A DNA stretch of 64,000 bases, taken from contig LSRY02000005.1 of NCBI GenBank assembly GCA_001643675.2, positions 1,984,001-2,048,000 on the forward strand, written 5' to 3'. A program made the translations under genes and the position numbers. The notes under the pieces were generated by a model, which did not search any database, was not told the DNA's origin, and was given only the letters and a program-made list of their open reading frames with translations. The stretch is from Monocercomonoides exilis PA203 (lineage: Eukaryota; Protista; Preaxostyla). This document shows positions 1-12,313 of this stretch, piece by piece (positions within the stretch are counted from its first letter, which is position 1; every line of letters starts with the position of its first letter).

Positions 1-1116
1 AAAGCAAAAGAAGAATTTCATGAAAACAGAAAAAATGAAAAAGATAAATTAATGAGATATCCAACATTCAAAAGTTGCATTGTTTTCATGGAATGATAAC
101 GATTACAAAAGAAGGATTTCAGGACTGCTTAACTCAAATTGTTTCTTTTCTTATAATGCGAAAAAGTGAATAAATCATATTGTTTGTTGCTTTCTTCATT
201 CACTTTGTGTTGAAACTGTTTTTTCATGTGAGTTTCTCCAGGCTGTTCCTCCTTCACACTTCCGGATGCTTAAAAAACAAGTGTTTCTTTCTTTCCATTT
301 CTAAAGAAACATTCCCTTGTCTATTTCTTTTGTCCTTTGAATATTTTTCATTTCTGAAACAATGGATTTCTCTTCCAGATGAATTTTATTAATTGATTGG
401 AATTAACGTTCCATCTCAAATGTTTGACTTTTTTCTTTGTTGTTGGGGTGGACCTTCACAAATTGTTTTTGTTCACAACAAAAAAGATATTTCTCATTTC
501 ATGAAAAAAGAAAACGAAATTGTTTTTATCACCAGCAACAATAATCCTTTGTTATTCATCTCTCGAAAGGCTCTTCTTCTATTCTGTTCATTTTCCAATT
601 TGTTATTTCGATCTCAATCGAAGTTTGCCTTCCATTGTTTATTTTTTTCCTTTCAACTTCTTTGAGTGAAGAGATAAGAATTGAAAGAAAATTGTGCAAT
701 CATCAATCTTTATTGACACTAGCTTGAATATGCCTTTCAGAAACAAGCAATTTTTAACTTTTTCAACAATGTTGTTTTCTCATTTTCCTATTCTCTTCAA
801 ACATATTCACTTCTTTAATCAGAGAGTGCACTCTTCAAAGAAAAACAAATTCTTCATTGATGAATTTTTAATATCCTCTTTTTGAATTATTGTTGATTTG
901 ATCCGAAATGGAAAAGTATGTTTCTTTTCTAGTCTTTTGAGTCATGCTATTTCAATGTGCTCTCTTTTGCATTATTTATAACAAATCAAATCGTTTGAAA
1001 TGAAATTGACCCTTTTTCATTCTTCCAGACAACCTACAATGTTTTGTTTTCTTATCACTTTATTTGATTGACAAACTGTTTTTGAAAAACACGAATATCA
1101 CTGGATTATATTCAGA

Positions 1117-2505
1117 ATGAAAGGGTGTGAAGGTAATCGATATGAAGGCAGAGCTGTGGAGAATATTACAAAGGAAAGGTTTTCAAGTTTGCAATGTTTT
1201 CTCTTTTGATCAAATTTTCGATTCCTATTGTTCTTTTGATGTTTTTTGAAGAGCACCTCCATGAGTTGGAGCATTGTTCAGAAATGGAGCAGAAGCAGAA
1301 AATTAAAGAGATGAATGAGATGATGGACAAAATGGACGAAAACGAATCGCATTGTGTTTTGACGAATGAAGAATTCAAAGAAATCGACAAAATGATTGAA
1401 GAAAAGAAATTGTCTTTAGAAAATGCAATTTTGTTATTAAAGCAATTGGGGTATCTTAAAACGTTGAAATGCATGTACAGCTCATTCTTTGAAATGTTTT
1501 CACTAATCGAAAGATTTGAAAGGTTGATAATCGAAAAAGAAAAGAAGAAAGAAGAAAAGAATGAAAAAATATTTGTTGATATCTGTGAAAGCTATCTTTT
1601 GCTTGGAAGGTGGTTTTCATCTGAATTGCTTTCGATTTGCATTCCTTGTCTTTTGAAAGTTGCTTTGAAGAAAGAGGAAAACGAGGAAACACAAAAAGAA
1701 GTGGAAATGGCTCTGCTGGCTTTAAGTTGTATTGAATATTGGAATGTGTGATTTATTCGTTCATTTTATATATTTGCTGATGGTTTTGAATTTTTCTCTC
1801 GTTTTAAAAAAGGAAATAGAACAAGGATTGTTTTTGAATGAAATCAAAATAATTATTCAATATCATCAGGAGCATCACAACCTGACACGACTTGCCTATC
1901 AATCAGCTTGGAGGTTTTTAATGATTTTGTATAGGAATGAGGAAAGTTTGGAAAGATTGATTGTGAATGAGCTGAATTTTGTGAAGGAAGCAACAAGAGA
2001 ATTAGAGGTGCTTAAAAGTTGTGTGAATTGGAAAGGAAATAACAATGAAATCGAAGCAATGAAAAAATCATCTATTATAAAGAGATGGATGATTTTAATA
2101 CATCTATTCTGTAACTATATTGATATTTCAAAAGCAGATGGATTGGAAGATTTAGTTGGATGCATTGTTGATCTGTGCCGAATATCAATTGAAAATTACA
2201 AAAGCTTGCACATCCACTGCAGCAGCAAGTTTTTCTCCTTAATTTGTCAAAAAGAATTGAGCGTGGACATTTTGATGGAGAAAGGAGTTGTTGATTACGT
2301 GCTGGAGGAAACTCTTCATCCGACGATAAATCTTGATTTAATTGAAAACTGTGTACCTTTCCTTTCATTGCTTCCAAGAAGGATAAACGAGGAATATGCC
2401 GAGAAGCATGACGAGCACAAACGAGAGTTGCTTCAAAGAAAGCTATCTGATAAATTAGAAGAAGAAGGTTTTTCCGATATTATGGCAATATACATTTATT
2501 TTTGA
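1117..2505 (+). CDS. Member of a lineage-expanded hypothetical helical protein family; 3 exons (1117-1186, 1252-1745, 1813-2505)
   Basis: ATG at 1117. Introns GTTTGC..GAAG (1187-1251) and GTGTGA..AAAG (1746-1812) join ORFs 1194-1751 and 1732-2505 in frame. Motifs FSKHLHELEHC, CIPCLLKVALKKEENEETQKEVEMALLAL and IIQYHQEHHNLTRLAYQSAW resemble a large Monocercomonoides multigene family (from memory). Confidence 0.75.
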
Positions 2506-3425
2506 GCTTTCAACTTTTCCAATGTTTTTTGAACATTCACGACACGATAAAACAGAACTCAATCACCTAATAGAAAAATGATATTATTCTAATGTGTTGA
2601 AGTTGTTTGATGTTATTCTGCTATTTTTTTCTATTTTGAAATAAACAGATAATTCTTTTTCATTTGATTAGAAAAATGATTTTTGCTTTTTATTGAAATG
2701 TTGCATTCAAAGATGGTGAATGTTCCAAAGATTATTTCTCTGTAAGTAATAAAACAATTAACCGTTGATGAAAACATTTATCCATCATTAAAAAAGGATG
2801 AAATAATTCCATTTTTCTCAAAGTTGGGACAAAGTGCTTTGTTTCTGAATTTTGTTTCACACTTCATTTTTGAATCTTTCGAACAGTTTGAAAATTTTTT
2901 CACATATTTATGTGAAATAATGTGAGAGTTATTTTGATATAACGGAAGAAAAAGTTCGGAACAAATTGTTATTTTTTTCAAAAAAGAAAATATTTTGCCC
3001 CGTATGCAACTCATTGAAAGAGAAGAATATCAATATAAGCAAAAGAAATCTTTCTGTTGTTGAGTTGATTTCATAATATTTATCAATAAAATCAATATAA
3101 ACTTGAGTGGAACGTTGAAAAAACAAACAAGTAAAATTACGAATAATGCAATGATGCAATGAAAAATATACAAAATAGTTAAAGCTTTTTGGAAGGAATA
3201 AGTGCCATTTATCGCAATCAAATTCAAAGGAAAGAAGGAAAGAAGGAAGAAAAGAAGGAAAGAAAGAAGGAAGGAAGGAAGAAAAGAAAGAAGGAAATAA
3301 GGAAAGAGCAAGTGAATGATATGAAAAGAGAAATAGATCCTAATACAGAAGGTTCATACCCCAAAAAGGTCTATGAAAAACTGTAAAATTTTTGTTCAAA
3401 AAGACAAACAATACAATAACCATGC

Positions 3426-3472
3426 CAAAAAATGTCAAAAAATGTCAAAAAATGTCAAAAAATGTCAAAAAA
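3426..3472 (+). repeat. Tandem repeat (CAAAAAATGT) x4.7
   Basis: Perfect 10-bp units read directly from the sequence. A purine-rich GGAA/GAAA tract lies just upstream at ~3229-3310. Confidence 0.9.
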
Positions 3473-3904
3473 GATAAATTTGAGATACGAGAAATTTCAG
3501 GGCATGCTCCTTCAGCATTAGGATATATCCTATTTTCAAGGGTGAGGATTAGAATGATAAATAGCAATTACTCTTCCAAATAGCAAAAATATCAAATAGA
3601 AAAATTGCACTGAATTATGGAAAAGACAAGCAAAAATTCAAAAGAAAACGTATTCAATAAAAAAAAAATTTTGATGTTAATGAAATCTTGGAGGGTTCAA
3701 ATTAAAAATGAAAAATAAAGAAAATTTCAAATGTAAAGAAATTTCTTTTCTTTCAATTTTCTTTCGGTTATCATATTTTGTGTTTTTAATTATCGACTCT
3801 TTTCCATAATTCCTGAATTTTTCTATCTGATATTAAAACTTCTTCAAAAAAGCATGTCATCCACAACAAAACCATGCTTTTTCTCGTTTCTTTTTGGAAG
3901 AAGC

Positions 3905-6900
3905 CTAATATTGATAAGGACGATGCGGATTTAAAGAATCCCTGTTTTCCAAAATTTCTTGCCCAAAAATAGAAAGCTTATGCGCCTCCTGAAGCGGAAG
4001 AGGAAGCGAAATAGCTCCAAAGAAATTGCAGTAATTGTAGCACAGACTGTTCGTAAAGCAAATCAGCTCTTCTTGTGAAAGGCCTGTCTCATCAACAACC
4101 ACCACATAGCGTGTTGGCAGCGCTGTCGTCTTATCATTAACTTTCTGAGGGATTAGAAACCAGTCGTAGTAGAAGTTTGATGTAACCACACTGTCAACCA
4201 CCGTGCCTGGAGGAGGATTCTGACCATCAGCGGTGAAGAAGCGTTGGTGGATTCTCTTGTCTACCACAGCCACAGCATGGCGGGGACGATATTTAACCTC
4301 TCCTTCGTCAAATTCACTAAATGCGCGCAACATCTGTTCATATTCTATTCCCACCACATCTCTCAACTGTGCATCACCAACTCCATCTCGATACTCAATT
4401 ATGTATGAAGGAAGATTTTGGTTTATTCGTCTGTACTCATTAAGCGCACTCTTCAAAAACTTAAACCACAGATTATCTCCAACAATCTCTTTCTTCTGCT
4501 TGCAAGGGGCTGTTCTCTTGTAAGTCCTAGTCATGTCCCGACTCATAGAGGCTATCATTGCAATCGTTCCGTCAAGTCTGCCTTTTGAGCGAGACACATC
4601 AATAGACAGCACCATCACATTCCCATCGCCTGGGAGAATGCGCATCGTATTCACTGGCCGCGCTAGTGCTGGAGTTTGCGTCTGTTTTCCTCCTTTTTTC
4701 GATTTTGACGCTGGCTGACGTTTAGCATTTGATGTATCCGAAGCTGATGCGGAAGCTGAAGCTGACGCTGAAGCTGACGCTGAAGCTGAAGCTGAAGAAG
4801 ATGGAGTAGATGAGGAAGAAGCGGTTTCAGATGGCACTTCCACTGTTGGGGGTAGAGGCCTTGCCCAATTAGGTGGATCAATTGCCCAGCAAGTGCCTCC
4901 AATCTTGTGTGTAATCTGCATCCAAAGGCCGGTCAAAACTGACAAGTTTGCTTCTCTCACATTCATAGACACGATGCACTGAGAAGGAATGGGCTTTCGG
5001 GTCTCTGTCAAAATCTTCATTTGTTTGTAGCGATTTTGGTCTTTATTTGGCAAAATGACCAGGGCAAGTTGATGTTCTCTAAATTTTGCTGTTAATTTTT
5101 GATCAGCTTCTGCAGCAAATTGATTTGGATAATCCCTTTCGATTTCCAGAATATCAGGCTGAGCAATATGCACCCCTTTTGCCACGCGTCTAAGTTGACT
5201 GAGAAAGAATGGAATGTTTCTTGTATCTCGTCTCGAGCAGATTATCACCCATTTCTCGAGGTTGACAGGTCTCAGCAAAGTGTTTGTTTTTGTTGCGTCG
5301 CGCCACACTCCTAACAGATATAGTGAAGAATGAAAGAATTGTTGTGTAAAAAAAAATAGAAAAAGGAAAGGAAAAATAATTATTATTGCATTAAAAATGA
5401 TTCATAAAATTCAAATAAAATAAATCAAAAACAGAAAAAATAGAAAAAGATAAAAAATTTTTTAATTTTTTCTCTTTATAAATGCAATAGCATTTCATAC
5501 CATTAGAAATTGGAAATGTTCTTCCACCACCCCATCTGAGATAGACGAGTGGGCATATCCATCCCTGAATTCTCTCCATCTCTTTTAATATCGCTTCTAT
5601 TCTTGCATCTTTTAACTCTTTTGATTCCAAAAATTGTTGCGCAATGCTGTCGATTAATTTCATTCTCTTTTCTGGTGGATGGGTGTACATTTCCTTGACT
5701 TTCTTCATCAAACGAAAATTGCTCAAACACTCTTCAGGTCTAATTTTAATGCACATTTTTGCAAAAAGAGCACAATATCAGTTATGTATTACATACAAAT
5801 ATGTATAAAATCAAACAAAAAGGAATAAAAATATAACATTCAAATGGGAAAGAATCAATGTTTGTTAAATGGCAAACATTCCTGTTGCAAATGCAAGCTC
5901 CATTGGAATTGCTGCAAGTTTTGATGAGCCCGATCCACTGGTTGATCGGCAGAGTAAAAGTGGCTGACTTACGCGTAGATGGATTTTATGGTGCGTGATA
6001 AAATAATTGTAAACTGTTTCTTCCACTTTTTCTCCTTCGTCATTCTTGTGTGTAAACTTGTATGTTTGCGGTGTTTGATCTTCCAAAACTTTAACGATTC
6101 TAAATGTTTGATATTTGCTTGAATATCTGTTCAAATCATTTGGAAAATAGAAATGTCAATTGAGATCGACAAATAAAGAGGAAAGCAATGTATCAAATGA
6201 ATCAACATGTTTAATGAATTGAAAATAAATTACCTTGTAATAATAGACTGCCCTTTCAGTTTCTCAGCACAACTTTTGCCTGATCTAATCCATTCATCAA
6301 AAATAGTATCTGTTCTCAGTATTCCGTGTGCTTGATCAACCAACATTTTCACTCCCGTTACAGATGGATAAATTGTCAACCGAGTCCCAAACCACATTTC
6401 CAGATTCGTATCAGGAATGTTTATTATTTGTTTTGGATCGAGCATTTCTCTTCCAATCTGTATATAACCAGCAGCCGATTGGATTTCTTTGACAAGCACA
6501 TTCAGCCATTGAAAAGGATAATCTGCACTTCCAGGTAAATATGCATTAACCAATTCAAAGTGAATGTGATAGCTCTTTTCCTCATCATTGTACTTCCTTG
6601 TCAGATCAAAATCTTTCGTATTTATTTCGCTATTGTATGAGTATAATGATGTGTTGTCAAATGCTTGAAAATAGTTAGAAATTAATTTTAAATGATAACA
6701 AAGCTAAATGTGCCAACCGCAAAAAATCGGAGTAATATATTCTCTCTTCAATTGGTCTACTAATCCCTCTCGCAATCTCCGATCGCGAAAACTGTCCAAT
6801 GCTGGAGTAAATTCCACCGAATATTGATACATTTTGATGTTTATTTTCATAGGATAAGAATTAGCCAAAAGAGATACATGAACAATCCCACTCAGAACTG

Positions 6901-6970
6901 CTTCTCTTTGAGGTCTTCTTGCAAAACAAATATCTATTTGTATTGATTTATCTTCAATTTGATTTGTCAT
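3905..6970 (-). CDS. PIWI: PIWI-type Argonaute (N-PAZ-MID-PIWI), ~858 aa; exons 6970-6718, 6663-6234, 6126-5878, 5739-5501, 5310-3905
   Basis: Four GT-AG introns give a continuous 2577-nt frame. N domain: LLANSYPM, YQYSVEFTP, AFDN. PAZ: TRYSSK..FRI, YNYF, QPLL, PMELAFATG. MID: RYKQMK, PSQC, QITHKIGG. PIWI: SIDVS, YRDGVGD, KRIHQRFF, NPPPGTVVD, PTRY, AHKL. Stop is TAG. Confidence 0.95.
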
Positions 6971-7229
6971 TTTAATTACAATTATGCGAGCCCATAAGAA
7001 AAAACATTCACTCTCAATTGAAAATTATATATGTAATGGGTAGCTATTTAAAATGATGATGAATTTTTCTGATTTATTAATTTTGTTTTACACAATGCTA
7101 TCAAACATTTTTTACCAAATGAATTTATTTATTCTAGATTAATCATTGCATGAGAATCCAAGACTTTCAATGTTAAGATAGCATTAAAAGTTTGTAACAA
7201 ATCTTTGTTTTTTTCATATATTCAAAAAT

Positions 7230-8320
7230 TCATTTCAAAGAAAATGACAATTTTGAATTTTTAAATTTTGAGCCACATAGCACTTTTGAATTTTTTTCTT
7301 TTTTCAATATTTTTGGTATTTGATTTCATTGGGTGAGCTTCAAAAATTGTTTGTTCGATCTTAAAAAGGCTTCACTTGTCAAAAATTATTTGGAAAGTTC
7401 ATTTTGTTTAATTTTCAAACAAAATAAAAATTTCATCTTTCGAATAAATTTCGGTTCTCACTCACGAAACAACACAAAAATGGAAATAATAACATTATCA
7501 AGAATTTGTTTCCATCACAAAAAAATTTGGTGAGTGGAAACAGAAAATTTATCGAAATATGAAATCTTTGTTCAATTTGAAAATAAAACAAAAGGAACTT
7601 TTCAAAAAAATTGAGACATGTTTTTGAGCAATCATGAATAAACGCTCCTTGATTCTGAATAAAAGTTAAATTTATCAATTAACTTTTGAATGGTTTTCTT
7701 TCTCAAAAGCTACTATTCCCTTCGTGAAATTATAAAAAGTTTTTTTTCGATTTCTATTTGAATTTTTGAAGACATTTTTTGGGTATTTTGTTGTTATTCA
7801 AAAGTCGCATAAATAAAAATTGTAAATTATTTCTTAATTGCAGCATGAATATGAAGTTCGAATAAATGTCAAACAATGGTTGAAATTTGAATAATGAACC
7901 ATTCAATAATTTATTGTATTGGTTAATTATCTCAAAAATGTTTAATTTTATAAAAAACTCAATATTGCATCATTTGCTATATATTCACGTATTTTTCAAA
8001 CAAATAGGGATTTCAAATAGAAGTCTTTTTGCATCTTTCGCTGATTATTTTCGAAATCATAACTTTTTTTGGATAATGATTTTTCAAATATTGCTTGTCA
8101 CCGGGAAGAGTGTTTGTGTCAAAATGTCAAATTCATAACTACTGCTTTTATAACAAATATTTAAGCTGAAATGAAAATGAAGATATCTTTCATAAGGCTT
8201 AACACTTTTCAGATTTCTTTTGTTGGTCTGGCAGATTTTTTTGTTAACTTCATTATGTTTTATTTTCAAATAAAACAAAAATATTTCGTATTTTCATCAT
8301 ATTTCTGTTCACCCTTATTT
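7230..8320 (-). repeat. Dispersed diverged repeat, copy A (upstream of PIWI)
   Basis: Colinear reverse-complement blocks with 46.0-47.3 kb: 7234-7247 vs 47308-47320; exact 12-mer TTGTTTCCATCA 7506-7517 vs 47035-47046; 7590-7599 vs 46956-46965; 8043-8068 vs 46222-46248. Confidence 0.7.
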
Positions 8321-8499
8321 CGGTTTTATGAAATGGATTTATAATCGTTGTAAAAAGTCTGTTTTAACTTTTGCGAAGTTTGATTAGTTGGAACAGAAAA
8401 TTGACAAAAATTAGAAATTTTTGTAATATTTGAAAATATAACAAAAAAGTTTATTGAAAAAAATTTGGCCATATTCAAGGGAAATAATTGAACCAAATT

Positions 8500-8870
8500 T
8501 TTTGAATGGAAAAATATGATATGGGTGATGATTTTTGAAATCATATTTTTTCATACAAAAATTTGTATTCGAAAAATCTTTCTGGAATATCAACATAAGA
8601 ACTTTGAAAAGTGAAAATGTTTATTAAAGACATTTTTATCTTCAATTCGGTTTAAACCTATGCTTTTGAAAACAGTTGTCATACTTTTTCTCTTTTTATA
8701 TCATAAACTTCTTCTCAAAACAAACAACATTTTTAAAAACAACAACCAGAAAAAAGTTATAGCTACAAAAATAATCGCCTATATTATATTCAGATGCAAA
8801 ACCTGCACTTGTGCAGACACCCACATGCTGAAAATATAACCACGCATACGAAAGCAGAGAATGTTGAGAC
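8500..8870 (+). repeat. Dispersed diverged repeat, copy B (partial, inverted relative to copy A)
   Basis: 8620-8656 is the reverse complement of 8160-8196 at 28/37 ungapped matches. It also shares ATATGGGTGAT-ATTTTTGAAATC, TGAAAAGTGA, TATGCTTTTGAAA and GAAAAAAGTTAT with 45993-46256 in direct orientation. Confidence 0.7.
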
Positions 8871-10168
8871 ATATTGTCATTAATTATTATTATTCTTTTC
8901 TGAACCAAAATTTTATTATCTTGGTATTTTTTCATCACCAAAGGATAAAAAACATAGCTTCGACAGTGCAGAACATTATTAACTTTGATTTTTTTATAAT
9001 TAATTTTGTCAACGAACGCAAAATGATTTTTTTTAAAAGTTCTTATTCCTTTCGAAAAGTTGCGAATTTATAACATCAATGAAAAAAAATGAACTATATT
9101 TGACAATTTTTGGTTATGAAATCGTTAAACACCATCACTTTGCTAATAAGAATAGCAAGACCTAATTGATAAAAGAATATGAGCATAGCGAAGAAATATG
9201 ATAAATATATTACGAATAATTATCAAATAAGGTACAATTTTCCCCCATCAGGTATTAGATATCTCCGACCTCGCAATTATAATTACCCAAATTAGAAATA
9301 ATCATTGTATTTCAACGAAAAAGAATCATATTTCCTAGAAACCGCATACTACAAACAAATTTAAATTATCAATTGCCAACCCGAGATTAGATTTATTTTT
9401 GGTTTTGGGAAATTCTTGATTTAAAATCAAAAATGGACAATTGAAAAAATATTTTTTTTATTCATTATTCAATCAAAACCACTTTGTGCCAAATCTGGTT
9501 TTGAAAAACTTATTGCTACGATGTCTGATGATGATAGAATTCAATGAAGAACATATGACGAAAAGGGAGAAGATCACATTCGAATTAAAGAAAAATGCGA
9601 TCATCACAGATGCAGATTGCGTGCAATATGATTATTTCCGGTTATAACTGTATTCTCGAAGACAAAAACCCAGTGAAAAATTATTAGAAGATAAAAAAGA
9701 TTTGGGGGAAAGAAGGATCAAATTTTCCACTTTGCTTCTGTTGAATGAATTTAAATGAAACATCAGCTTTGAAAAAGGATGAAACCAATAAAAACTCAAA
9801 TGAAGAACAAACACCATTTTTGACAAAAATTTTTTTTCTCGGATTGCATTTTAAATATATTCCAGTTAGAAAAATTTTTCATGATTTTGTTGTTCTGAAT
9901 TGGAGAAGTGTGAAAAGATGTGCAAAAGTGGATTTCAATTGTATTAATCAAATATTTGTGGTGACAGAATGATTGCAGAGGTTTATGAGTATGTGTGCCG
10001 ATAAAGATAATAAAATTTTGAGAAAAGAAAATGATATTTAATTGCCCTGTGTAACATGAGGAAAAATTTTTTCTGCGATCATCACCAGTTTTCCACTTCT
10101 CATTTCACCTCCGTAACATGACAAGTCATAGAATCACTTATCTGTAATTTTAAAAAATAAAAATAAAA

Positions 10169-10170
<2 letters not shown>

Positions 10171-10219
<49 letters not shown>
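10171..10219 (+). repeat. Poly(A) tract (49 A) with degenerate A-rich flanks
   Basis: Read directly from the sequence. Confidence 0.9.
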
Positions 10220-10221
<2 letters not shown>

Positions 10222-10595
10222 AAAAAAAAGAAAAAAAGCAAAAGTGTCGGGCACTGACTGACGTGAGTCAATCTTTTTCAACGTGAATCAGATGTTTAGT
10301 GAATTATATCAACAATATTTATATTTGAAATTCAATTTATTATTCCTTTAATAACTATACTGATATCGAAATTAAACGAATTATATTTTTCAAATCCTTT
10401 CAAAATGTTTTACTCAGAATTGTTATGAAAGGAACATACAGAGAAAAACCTTATATTGGATTTCTTATATCTTTCAAAAAGAACAACTTTCAATAAAGAA
10501 AATTTAACTGAGAAGATGGTGAAAAAATTTTTTGAATTGTTAATAAATAGATCTTATGCATTATTAAATATATTGATTGTTTATTGTTTTAAAAA

Positions 10596-11939
10596 ATGGT
10601 GCTTTTTTTAGTAAAGAAAAATGACGTCGAATTTTTGATAGAGACCACACTTGATAAATCGACCGACGAATTGATCTTGCTTGCTTCCAACATTCATAAT
10701 CAAATACTAAAACTTCAAAGGATGATATTTTTATTACCAGATTTAATTCATTTCGGCCCATTCAGAGCGGAAGAGCACAGGGTTCATTTGATAATTGCAT
10801 TTTTATACATTTTATTTTGGAGGAACATCCTTTCAATTCTCTCGTTTATTTATGAATATGATTCTTATGATATTAAAGGGATTAACGGAATCTTGTCCCT
10901 CTGAAGTCATAGAAGAAGAGAAAAAGTTGTGCAGCCCGAGCGATCCGAATTACATTTATCATCCAGATCCAAACGGCTATCGAAATGGGCAAAGTATTTT
11001 TTATTTTTTGAGTTTTGATAAACTTATAAATTATTGAATTTTAGCATGCACTCCTGCAGGACAAGAAGTTCTTGAAAAATCCTTGCATGAAATACAGACA
11101 TTGCTAAATAAGGTTTGAAAAATTTTGCTTTTCGTTCAAAATTCAAAATTTGAAATGTGATTGAAGGAAACTTTACCAAAAACACCAATAACTTTTGAAA
11201 GATTAAAAGAAGCAGAACATGTGATAAAAGGATCTGTTATGATTGCGTATCCACGTGGGCTACCAAGTTATGATCCTCTTAAAGCTATGATCGATTGTAC
11301 TGAAGATGAGACAGAAAGTCAAGTATTGCATTTTGCCATTCCCGTAATTAATCTGAGATTCACTTTATTTGGCAAATAAAACTTTTTTCCTTTTTTTCAA
11401 TTTAATTATTTTATCTCAACTAACGTTAAAAATTTATTATTATTATTAGAATGGAAAAGAGGTTGTAGATCCATCAACAGCTATGCTGTGGTTTGCTACA
11501 AGACGACTTGAAAGAGGGCAGACACTAAAGACTGCATTTTCATCAGCATGTGCAAACGAGCGAAGCAAAATAACCGTAAAGCTCACGAAGGTTATTAATT
11601 AATTACACACGATTTTTGATGTACTACTTTTCAAATTCAAATTCAATTTCTTTCTTTCTTTCTTTCTTTTTTTTTTTTTGAACGCAATTCTAAACCACAC
11701 TTTTCGCATAATTAAACTTTTATTTCGTTTAATTCCAGCCAACACCACATCCCCCTGTTCGAGAGCCAGCTATAAGCGAGAAAGAGCAGAAAGAGTTGAT
11801 GGCGTTTTATTTCAAAAAGCAGAGAGAGGAAGAGGAGATGGCAAAAGACACCGATGATTCATATCTGGCCAGCTCGTGGGCTGATCCCAAAGGACTGAAG
11901 AAGTCACTCACCGGACAAGCGCCTGTGGCATGGAAGTGA
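10596..11939 (+). CDS. CFAP298: Cilia- and flagella-associated protein 298 (C21orf59/Kurly), multi-exon
   Basis: Spliced peptide MVLFLVKK..FLIET, DPNGYRNGQ, KGSVMIAYPRGLPSYDP, AMLWFA, NERSKITVKL, PVREPAISEKEQKELMAFYFKKQ and DDSYLASSWAD matches CFAP298 family motifs in order. TGA at 11937-11939. Confidence 0.92.
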
Positions 11940-12313
11940 TCAAAGCAAGTTGACGAAGTGGAAGGGAAGCAATGTGAAAGGCAGAGAAAAGTGAAAGAGG
12001 ATTCGGAGAAACATCATTTTCTGGCTAATAATTTATTTTGAACATAATTGTTCACCCATTCGTTATCATTTCACAAAAACAATGTTCATTTTTGCTTTTT
12101 TGATTTTTTCAACATTTATTTTCTTTTTTGCACAAAAAGATTTCTCTTGTCAATTTCAAATCTTTTTCGATGGTTTCTACCTATCCACACTTTATAATGA
12201 GCTTGCCATGAATTCCTTTTCCATTGAATTGATTTCTTTGAATTTGAAGTGATTTAAAAAAGAAAAAATGACAAAAAAAAGTGGAAGAAGAAACAAGACA
12301 AAAGAACAATAGC

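Noticed and set aside
1-1080. Short ORFs on + and purine-rich, coding-like sequence on -
   Set aside because: The + ORFs are F/L-rich compositional artefacts. The - strand may be a decayed gene but has many stops and no recognisable motif.
2780-3120. Possible fourth fragment of the dispersed repeat
   Set aside because: Only short matches (CAACTCAT.GAAA, AAACTTGAG) in very AT-rich DNA; not distinguishable from chance by eye.
3426-3472. Short repeat array as a CRISPR-like locus
   Set aside because: The 10-bp units are contiguous with no spacers, and the context is eukaryotic.
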